In this document: piece after piece, positions 54,008 through 64,000 of the stretch
Layout of the letters: each line of letters begins with the position of its first letter
Numbering within the stretch: position 1 is the first letter of the stretch
NCBI GenBank assembly: GCA_951406725.2
Contig: OX597819.1
Coordinates: forward strand, 111,042,001-111,106,000
Reading direction: 5' to 3'
DNA: 64,000 nucleotides
Origin: Octopus vulgaris
Taxonomy: Eukaryota
The notes under the pieces: generated by a model
Told to the model about the DNA's origin: nothing
The model's database searches: none
What the model saw: the letters and a program-made list of their open reading frames with translations, nothing else
Program-made: the position numbers and the translations under genes

Positions 54008-54220
54008 TTGGAGGGGTTCTGAAAACCTCCTGTTTTGGGGGTAAAAGAAAATACAGGAGGATCATTTAATTATGTTTTTCTCCAACATATTCCCCTCTCA
54101 GATTCACACACTTATTGTAGCGCTCCTTCACTTTTTCCAAGCCCTGTAAAAGAAGTTTGGGCTCCATCCAGGTCGTTCACGAAACCCTTAAAATCAGTAA
54201 CTTTACAGCATCCTCTGGTA
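54008..54220 (-). mobile_element. Mariner-derived MITE (same family as 26718-26944)
   Basis: Reverse-complement homologue; minus strand encodes the remnant VKERYNKCVNLRGEYVG. Confidence 0.7.
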
Positions 54221-54231
54221 CATACACATAT

Positions 54232-54294
<63 letters not shown>

Positions 54295-54777
54295 TACACA
54301 CACATACATACACACACACATACATACACACACATACGCACACACATACGCACACACACACACACACAAATATAAGTGTGTGTATTTTCAATTTCACGTA
54401 CTTGTGTATATCAAGATATCCCTACACTTTTTTCTGTCGCCATTAAGTGTGATATACTGAAATATATGGGTTTCACGAAGGATCTTTCGAAGCCTTGTTT
54501 TTTGCTGGTTTCTACAACAATATTCAATGTCTCACCTTAGAGTACAGGCCCTCTCGTAATACCAGGATTAAACAGCTTAAGCATTCTACCATTCTCAATC
54601 CCAGGGTGGAACAATATTCATAATCCTTCGAAACGAACAAATCAGTCCCTCAAATCTCTCAGATGAATCCCTCAAAATGAAGAAAGTTGCCCTCACCAAG
54701 ATATGAATTCAGCGAGCAAAATGTCGTAACAATGGTACCAAAGCTGGATACTCACACATACACAAATTCATATCCAT

Positions 54778-55200
54778 GCATAAATACATACGAACACACA
54801 TATACATAGGCGTGGCTGTGTGGTAAGAAGCTTCCTTCCCTAACACATGGTTCCGAGTTCAGACCTACTGCATGGCACCTTGGGTAAGTGTCTTCTACTA
54901 AGCTTCGAGCAAACCAAAGCCTTGTGAGTGGATTTGGTAGACAAAAACTGAAAGAAGACCGTTGTATATATATGTGTATATGTATGTGTCTTTATGTCTG
55001 TGCTTGTCCCCACCACCGTTTGACAACCGGTGTTGGTGTATTTACGTCTCCGTAACTTAGCAGTTCGGCGAAAAGTTCTGGATGGAATAAGTACCAGGCC
55101 TTAAAAATGTCTGGAATCGTTTTGTTCGATTAAAACCTTACAATGCGGAACTCCAGCATGAATGCAGTCAAGTGACTAAGGCAAGTAAATAAGTAAAAGA
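54778..55200 (+). mobile_element. SINE family A, full length
   Basis: AGGCGTGGCTGTGTGGTAAGAAGC head through GCAGTCAAGTGACT..AAGTAAAAGA tail. Confidence 0.85.
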
Positions 55201-55219
55201 AACAATATCTGAATAAATA

Positions 55220-55303
<84 letters not shown>

Positions 55304-55400
55304 CACATATATATATATAACATATATATATCATATATGAGATAATTTATAATATAGTATATATAACGTATAATATGCATTATAATTCATAATATAATAT

Positions 55401-55445
<45 letters not shown>

Positions 55446-55815
55446 TATACATATGTATACAATATATATATATATATATAGAACTACATATATTTATTGA
55501 AATATTTATGCAATGTATATATATTATGTATTACATATACGCACATAGGCATATATATGTACACATATATACACATAGATATGTATATATATAAATGTTC
55601 ATGTCTATGTCTATGTATGTATATATATATACATGTTTGTGTATGAGTGTGTTTGTGTGTGTGCGTGTGTGTGTGTGTGTTTGTGTGTGTGCACATCATT
55701 TCTTATGAAACCAAGGATATACTTCCAAAATAAAGTAGGGAGTATAAATATTAATATGGTAAAAATATTATTAAATGGAAACCAAAATAACAGGCGTCAT
55801 GTAATCATCTTCATT

Positions 55816-55888
55816 GGCATACTACTGTTTCGGCCATAAGGAACCACAGTGGTGTGTCAGTGTGATATCTTAAAGCTTCGTCAGAGCC
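55816..55888 (-). ncRNA. Type I hammerhead ribozyme-like fold with long stem II
   Basis: Minus strand reads GGCT-CTGACGA-AGCTTTAAG...CTTATGGCC-GAAA-CAGTAG-TA-TGCC. Intact CUGANGA and GAAA cores, stem III A-C/G-T, GUA cleavage triplet, stem I GGC/GCC; a few stem mismatches. Confidence 0.55.
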
Positions 55889-56070
55889 TTAATACGGTGA
55901 GGAAAGCGGATAAATATACAGTTGGATAAATATTGACAGGCATATGATATAATAGACTTTAATAACAACAGAACTCACCGAGGCATGCTTACACACACAC
56001 ACACACACAAACACTCACATCTGTATGGACACAGATACACATACAGATACAGACGTAGAAATAAATTTAT

Positions 56071-56120
<50 letters not shown>

Positions 56121-56226
56121 TCAAACCTACATACATATGGATATATGTGTCTATGTATTTAAGTATATATATATATAAATATATATACCCGTGTATCTTA
56201 GATATATATATGTGTGTGTGTTTGTA

Positions 56227-56258
<32 letters not shown>

Positions 56259-57225
56259 CACGAGTAAATTATATGACAGTTTTGTATTTGAAACATAGCA
56301 GTATGTAGCCAACTCATTTCGTCCAGAATAAAAAACAACCAAAAAGGAAAGAAACACACAAAAAAACAAAAACAAAACAAAACAGAAGTAACAACGGTTG
56401 CAAAATGTCAAAATGAGATAATTTGATATTATATTTATCATTAATAAGCGTAATTCTTATTTCGGTTTCCAATTGTCGCCTTGTATGTATATTAGATAAC
56501 ATGAATTTTCGCAACTTATATTCTCTGTGACTTTTGCATAAAGATGCAGCGGAAAAAATATCAAGAAAGGTGTGTGTCCATGTATACATGTGTCTTTGTA
56601 TTGAATCATACACACGCATACACACACATACACAAGCACACACGTGGTTGACATGGATAGATATCAGGTGACAGTAACTGAAGTATTGTCTGATAGAGAT
56701 ATTAATACGAATATGAAAAAATAGAATATTTTCTTTTCATATAATATCTATTATCAAATTTCTTTTTTAAATATATAAATGAAATAAATATGCACATAAG
56801 TATGCATCTATATAAGTTTATGTCTTTATTATATTTTACATTTATTTTTTTATATGATATGATTATTCCACACACACTCAAAAGCACACAAACATATATA
56901 TGCACACACACACACATAAACACATATGCACATATATGACCAAGTAGATCGATATACATGTAAAGCAACAAAGAAAGAATTAATATCAATACAAGAACGT
57001 ATATCAATTTTCTCCAAAGCTGTATTTAATAGACTACTATTTGCAGATAAGCCTTTTCCGTAGCTGATGAGAATGATATAGCAATCGATACACAGAAAAT
57101 GTCAATAATCCTGCACAATGGTATTTAATTTAAACTATCTTTACATATATGCATATGTGTACATATATCCATACATACGCACATATATATATATACATAT
57201 ATGTATATGTATACATATACATATA

Positions 57226-57596
57226 TACTCTTTACTCTTTACTCTTTTACTTGTTTCAGTCATTTGACTGCGGCCATGCTGGAGCACCACCTTTTTAGTA
57301 CTTATTCTATCGGTCTCTTTTTGCCGAACTGCTAAGTGACGGGGACATAAACACACCAGCATCGGTTGTCAAGCAATGCTAGGGGGACAAACACAGACAC
57401 ACAAACACACATATACATATATATACATATATACGACAGGCTTCTTTCAGTTTCCGTCTACCAAATCCACTCACAAGGCATTGGTCGTCCCGGGGCTATA
57501 GCAGAAGACACTTGCCCAAGATGCCACGCAGTGGGACTGAACCCGCAACCGTGTGGTTGGTTAGCAAGCTACTTACCACACAGCCACTCCTGCGCC
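57226..57596 (-). mobile_element. SINE family A with internal deletion
   Basis: Matches 48052-48468 but lacks the GTCGA..CCCGGGACTTATTCTTTGTAAG segment. Confidence 0.85.
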
Positions 57597-57633
57597 CTAT
57601 ATATATATATATATATACATATATATATGTATG

Positions 57634-57698
<65 letters not shown>

Positions 57699-57714
57699 TC
57701 TTTAATTTTTTTCT

Positions 57715-58128
57715 ATTACTCGTTTCAGTCATTTTGACTGCGGCCATGCAGGAGCACCGCATTTAGTCGACCAACGGTTGCAAAATGAGATAATTCTTTG
57801 GATTTATTCTTGCTAGCCTAGTACTTATTCTATCGATCTCTTTTGTCGAACCGCTAAGTTTCAGGGACATAAACACACCTTCATCGGTTGTCAAGCGATG
57901 GTGAGGGAACAAACACAGACACAGAAATACACACGCGCATATATACATATATATACAGAGATGTACGCCGAGCTTCTTTCAGTTTCCCTCTACAAAATCC
58001 ACTTACAAGGTTTTGCTCGGCCCGAGGCTATAGCAGAAGACACTTGCCCAAGGTGCAACGCAGTAGGACTGAACCCGGAACCATGTGGTTGGTAGACAAG
58101 CTTCTTACCACACAACCACGCCTGTGCC
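57715..58128 (-). mobile_element. SINE family A, full length
   Basis: GTTTCAGTCATTTTGACTGCGG ... CTTACCACACAACCACGCCTGTGCC. Confidence 0.85.
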
Positions 58129-58607
58129 TTATATATAAAGGCTGTGCTCTAGCATGGCCCCAGTCAAATGTTTGAAACAACTAAAAGAATAAAAGAAATA
58201 CACACACACATATATACATATATATACATCCATCCATTCATTCATGTATGCACATATATATTATAACAAGAATTTGGAAAAAATATCGGTGTTATTTATT
58301 CACCATTACAAACATTTTCTTTGCTAATAGGAATCACAGAGTTGTACCTGTTGGATAAATATGGAAGAAATTTCCTACTAGAAAACCTTTAAGTAGAAAA
58401 CCGAATAATACACAGCTTGGATATTACTCTACCTAGATAATATACACAAATGCACACACACACGCACATATATACATTTAATTAAAGGATATGTTAGCCT
58501 CATGAAGGAATGATTTCATCCAATGAAATACTGGTTTGAGTATTAATTGAAACGGCTGTAAGAAGCGAAGATGACCAATTTGTTGTTGTGTATGTATATA
58601 TAGATAC

Positions 58608-58715
<108 letters not shown>

Positions 58716-59719
58716 TAAAACAAGAAGAGAAAATTACATTAGAATGTATGTGTATGTATGTGTGTGCATGTATGTATTACATGGTTTAATCAGAGCATGA
58801 AAAGCAGCCCTCGTAAGCTTTTTGAAGGGCCTCAAAGACAAGCGTGCGAGAAGATGTTGACAAACTCAAACCGAAAGACTGGGCCGATCGTTTACAGTAC
58901 AGTGAATTCTGCAAAATTCACTCATGGCTCCTGCAGTCTTGTGAAGTACAGGTGAATAATTACCTATGGTCACCTATGAACCACAATCAACGACTTTCAC
59001 CTTTGAACTTGGTCACCTATGAACCACAATCAACGACTTTCCCCAAAAGTTTTCCTCCACCAATTTACACTATTGGTGTTGAGCAAAATGGCGAACGCAA
59101 ATAATAGTATAAGACATTAGTTCAAAGTGCCGCTAAATGGGGCCTTTGTCGAAACTAAGTAATTGTAGAGAAGTGAACCTGTACATCACACATGTCTAAA
59201 TTGTTATTATTAAGTCATTAAAATATGAAAACGCTATTTATGAATAAATCTATGCTGAAACACACACGCATATATATATTGACATATATATATGTGAATC
59301 TGTATGAGTGTATGTGTGTGTATGTAAGTGTGAGTATTTGTTTGTTTGTATGACTTCTGTTCTTATATGTGTGTATGTGTATATGCATATATGCCAGACT
59401 ATATGTGTTTGTTATTGTGGTTCAATGTTTACATAAGCAATTAATATAACTTCGAAAGCTGTATATACTAGGAATATAAATATATTTAATGGAATTTATA
59501 TATACATATATATGTTTCATGTTTCTTAATGTTCTCTATGAGCGTACATAAAATCTGTATCCACATATCTTAGTATTGTGAGAGAGGATGTATGAGTATG
59601 TATGTATGTATGTATGTATGTATGTATGTATGTATGTATGTATGTATGTGTGCGAGAGAGAGAGAGTGAAAAAGTGAGAGTGAGTGTGTATCTGTGTGTT
59701 ACTGAGGTTGCTATTTCGA

Positions 59720-59930
59720 AGCAAGCAAAGCAGCGAACTAGCAAAATCCTTAGTATCTCGGACTAAATGCTTACAGGCATTTCATCCGACTTTACGTTCT
59801 GAGTTCAAATGCTGCAGAAGTCGACTTTGCTTTTCATCCTGTCAGGGTCGATAAAATAAGTACTAATCAATATAACTGCTAAGCCTCTTTTCCTAAAATA
59901 TTTCACGCCTTGCAGCTATAGTACAATGGA
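59720..59930 (+). mobile_element. SINE family B, diverged
   Basis: TTACGTTCTGAGTTCAAAT..GTCGACTTTGCTTTTCATCCT..GGGTCGATAAAATAAGTAC. Confidence 0.7.
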
Positions 59931-60081
59931 TTATATCCCACCATGTTAGCTCCGCAAGCTGGTAGAATCGTTGATGGTCTTGTCCCGGCTCTTTACATGT
60001 TGAGTTTAAATCACTTCAAAGTCAACAGATTTAGTGTTAACTGGATATGTGATGCATGCATATTTTATATATGATTACATA

Positions 60082-60251
60082 GGCACAGGAGTGGCTGTGT
60101 GGTAAGTTGCTTGCTTCCAACCACATGTTTCCGGGTACAGTCCAACTGCGTGACACTGGGCAAGTGTCTTCTACTATAGCCTTGGGCCGACCAAAGCCTT
60201 GTGAGTGGATTTGGTAGACGGAAACTGAAAGAAGCCTGTCGTATATATATG

Positions 60252-60283
<32 letters not shown>

Positions 60284-60512
60284 TGTATGTATGTATGTAT
60301 GTATGTATATGTCTGTGTGTCTGTGTTTGTCCCCCCAACATCGCTTGACAACAGATGCTGGTGTGTTTACGTCCCCATAACTTATCGGTTCGGCCCAAGA
60401 AACCGAAAGAATAAGCACTAGGCTTACAATGAATAAGTCCTGGGTCGATTTGCTTGACTAAAAGCGGTGCTCCACAATGGCAGCAGTCAAATAATTGAAA
60501 CAAATAAAAGAA
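60082..60512 (+). mobile_element. SINE family A, full length
   Basis: GGCACAGGAGTGGCTGTGTGGTAAG head; internal (ATGT)n; GCGGTGCTCCAC.ATGGCAGCAGTCAAATAATTGAAAC tail. Confidence 0.85.
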
Positions 60513-61109
60513 TTCATTATACGCCATATATAGTTGCAGTGAAGTTCGTTGCATCTCAGATGAAACGAAATACCTGAAGGTATTTTATGAGACATTTTAC
60601 AGACCAACACTATTGTTCATTATTTCACTTAAATAATGATTTCTGACATAGGTACAAAGTATGAAATTAAAGAGAAGTGAAGTTACTTAGATTTAAGTAT
60701 TCTGTATATGCCTGTTACTTTATTTCATCAATTTCGAACATGACGAGCAGCTAAATCGACTTCGGAAACCTTTAAATTTCTCCTCTAGTCGACTTCGGAT
60801 GCCCTTAACTTTCTTTCGTCCAGGTTAGATAAAATAAATATCAGTCAAGTACGGGGTCGATTTAAACAATATTACACTTAGCCTGTAATTTTAGGCGTTG
60901 TTGCCTGTGCTAGAAAGAGAGCGGATTATTTCTGACTTATGACATTACTAAATGCAAAGTTTAAGGGGTTTTTTTTGGCCTTGGTGTTAGTGAAGAGGTT
61001 CGACGTTGATCCATCGGAGTTTGGATAAATTCAACCCCATGCGATACATCTTAGTGAGTTCAGAAAAACAAATCATCATCATCATCATTATCATCATCAT
61101 TATTTTTAA

Positions 61110-61377
61110 GAGGACGTGAAGCTGGCCATATCGTTAGCGCACCGGAAAAAAATTCTTAGCGGCATTTCGACCGTCTTTATATTCAGAGTTCGAGTTCTGC
61201 CGTGGTCGACTTTTCCCTTTCATCCTTTCGCTGTCGATAAACTTATGGAACCAGTGAAGCACTGGAATCGATATAATCTACTTATTCCTATCCCACTAAA
61301 ATTTCAGGCTCTATCGTCCTCCATGTCTTGGGCCCTTGTGTCCAGAACAAGAAATCATCGTCGTCGTCGTCATCTTA

Positions 61378-61472
<95 letters not shown>

Positions 61473-61660
61473 ATGTAGTAGTAGTAGTAGTAGTAGTGTG
61501 TGGACAGCAGGCTGGCCGAATCGTTAGCATGTCAGACAAAATGCTTAGCGACGTTTCTTCCAGCTCTATTTTCTGTGTTTCAAATTCCGCCGAAGTCAAC
61601 TTTCCCTTTCATCCTTTCAGGACCGATAAAAAAAAAGTACCAGTCAAGTACTAGGTGGAT
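61110..61660 (+). mobile_element. Two SINE family B copies separated by (ATT)n(AGT)n
   Basis: GCTGGCC..TCGTTAGC head, GAGTTC/TTTCAAATTCCGCC B box and CCCTTTCATCCTTTC core in both copies. Confidence 0.7.
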
Positions 61661-61815
61661 ATGTTCGATTATTTTCCTATCCTATGATCGGAGATATTCC
61701 AGACATGACGATTCCAACTCTTTGTTTTACAAGGAGCCGGGGATCAAATTAGCAAGCGTGTTCATTTTTAAAACAGAGGAGTGTGATTTAAGGGAGATTT
61801 ACCTATTTCACTTTG

Positions 61816-61994
61816 GTTGACCCCTACTACAATTCAATGTTTAAAAATCCTATCATATTTTTGTAATTAGATATTATTGGGTATTGTATAAAATATTGCT
61901 CATGTATTGTAGAAGTATAGCAAATATATTGCACAAATTTTAACAACTTATATGGACCCCTAAATGTCAAGTGGACCCCAGTTGAAGACCATTG
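61816..61994 (-). mobile_element. Old hAT-like MITE remnant (partial)
   Basis: Minus strand starts CAATGGTCTTCAACTGGGGTCC; homologous to 20007-20252. Confidence 0.45.
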
Positions 61995-63121
61995 GATCAA
62001 ACCATTTAAAGTAGTGACTGAAGCACTTGAAACAAATAAAAATGAGAACAACATCAACAATAACGATTTTTTAGTATAAGGGTATACAATAGAGATAAAG
62101 TAAAGGTCCTTCCAGAGTTATATAGACTCACAGAGCCGCATCCCCGGTTTCCATGGCGTATATAGTCTCCAGCACAAACCATTAAGCCACACGCCTCCAC
62201 AGACAATATACCCGAGCAGGGCATTGACCCTCAAGGTCGGAACAAAATACCTAAACATAACTGAAAGACATGACCATGTGTAGTTTTAGTTCGGGGCTTG
62301 GCCTCAATATGGTTCATCACAAAATCACCAAGTCATCAGTACAATAGTCGTCTATGTACTCTGATGGTTTGTTTTTTTTCACGAAAATCGAGACGGAAAT
62401 TACTGCGTTGAGTAACACAGGATATCAGGAGACTTTTACTGTAAAACAAAAATATGATATATTAAACCTTCTATTCCTTCCGGCACCTAACGTTCTGACT
62501 TCAATTTCCGCTGAGGTCAAATTTGCCTTCTTTGTGTGTGTGTGTGTGAGTGCATGTACGTATGAATGTATCTAGCTATCTGTCTATCTATATCTATATA
62601 TATGTACATATATATATATATATGTATATACATCTCTCTCTCTCTCTCTCTCCCTCTTTATATATATATATCAATAATAGTAAAGGGTAAAATTAATTAA
62701 TTATCTAGTAATTAATAATTTCACCAAGTAGAATTCGGCATGAAAAAGGACCATTTTTCGGGTTATTTTAAGCATTTTGTTTTTGTCCGGGAGTCTCTTC
62801 TTATAGTAGAAGAAATAGCTAAGGTTCTTTGGCTGCTATTTCTAAACATCGGTATGTGGTAAAGCAAATCTCTGCTGAACCCCAATAATAATTATACTTG
62901 TAGTTATAAAATATTATATATATATATATGAAAAATGCATTATACACTAAAAATACGTACACATAGGAGAGACACACAAGGACTCTAATTCTTCATCAGT
63001 GATCGACGAAAATACAAATATACAGTTAAAGCATGAAACGGTGGATAACTGATATATATATATATATATATATATTAGTTTCAGCTCAGTGCTGCGGCCA
63101 TGCTGATGCACCGCCGTTTTG

Positions 63122-63154
<33 letters not shown>

Positions 63155-63381
63155 TAGGGAATATGGAATTCCAAACTTACAGGGAAAAATTCAATTTAGC
63201 AATACTAAATCAAATTTTACAATATATATATATATAATTAAGAGAAATAACCTCTATTAAGTAATTTAATTGATAGTGAAAGATATTCTAAAAATCACAA
63301 ATTTAAATAAACATGTTTATTTAATTTTGTGATTTTATTCATATATGCATTTATACATTTATATATATGCATATATGTATA

Positions 63382-63429
<48 letters not shown>

Positions 63430-64000
63430 TATGTATATATATATGTATGTATGTATGAATGTGTGTTTGTGTGTGTGAGAAAATGAGAGAAAGGCAGAGA
63501 GAGAGAGAGAGAGAGTTGGTGGTCGAGGGTGAAAAAACAGGAAAAAGAGAGATGTCATACGATGCTTGGAGCATGTTTGCCCTTTTTCTTTTATCTCTGT
63601 GGAATCAATAAGAGCAAATACCATTTTAACACATTATATGGTCTGGAACAATTTCAGTCTTGTGCCAATGAAGAAATCGTGATATCACTGACTGCATTTC
63701 AATCTCCATATGTCCGTCCATTGTCTCATTAACTAATGAAATATTCCCATATTATGTTCATTAATTGGCCTCTAGTAAAAGATCTGGCTGGGAAATTCAG
63801 TTCCCATTTCTAAATTCAGGAAGCTTGATGTACTTCCTTCCGAAACGAATCAAACTAACTGACGGAAAATATGAAAGGCTCAACATTAAATTGGCTAACA
63901 GAGGTTAAACGAAACAGCTATGATTAACATGCAGTACCGCTATTAAGCAACAAAACTCAAATACAGCAGCTCACACATTACATGCACATACATGTTTTAA

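Noticed and set aside
57064-57105. Hammerhead-like CTGATGA-GAATG..CAATC-GATA
   Set aside because: GAAA is mutated, stem II is mismatched and there is no stem I.
58967-59041. CRISPR-like repeat-spacer-repeat
   Set aside because: Only two repeats, an 11-bp spacer, eukaryotic context and no cas genes.

Overview
Eukaryotic, AT-rich, microsatellite-saturated genomic DNA. It is most likely from a coleoid cephalopod (Octopus-like), inferred from a mollusc-type 5S rRNA sequence and the SINE/microsatellite landscape. There is one convincing protein-coding gene: an apparently intronless FoxG (FOXG1/BF-1/sloppy-paired class) forkhead transcription factor at 11965-16263 (+), about 1432 aa, inflated by poly-His/Gln/Asn/Asp/Gly tracts. 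The rest is a gene desert of (TA)n, (CA)n, (ATGT)n, (ATCT)n and (AAT)n repeats. It also holds at least three tRNA-like SINE families, three non-autonomous Helitrons, mariner- and hAT-like MITE remnants and 5'-truncated retroelement 3' ends. The most unusual non-coding features are: (1) a 5S-rRNA-headed element carrying the SINE 3' tail (44866-45062); (2) a tRNA-headed element ending in a minimal hammerhead-ribozyme fold (45330-45750); (3) a second hammerhead-like fold (55816-55888, minus strand); (4) a covarying double-hairpin 3' signal shared by unrelated retroposed RNAs. Almost all other ORFs in the supplied track are microsatellite translation artefacts. Repeat boundaries were read by eye and are approximate.
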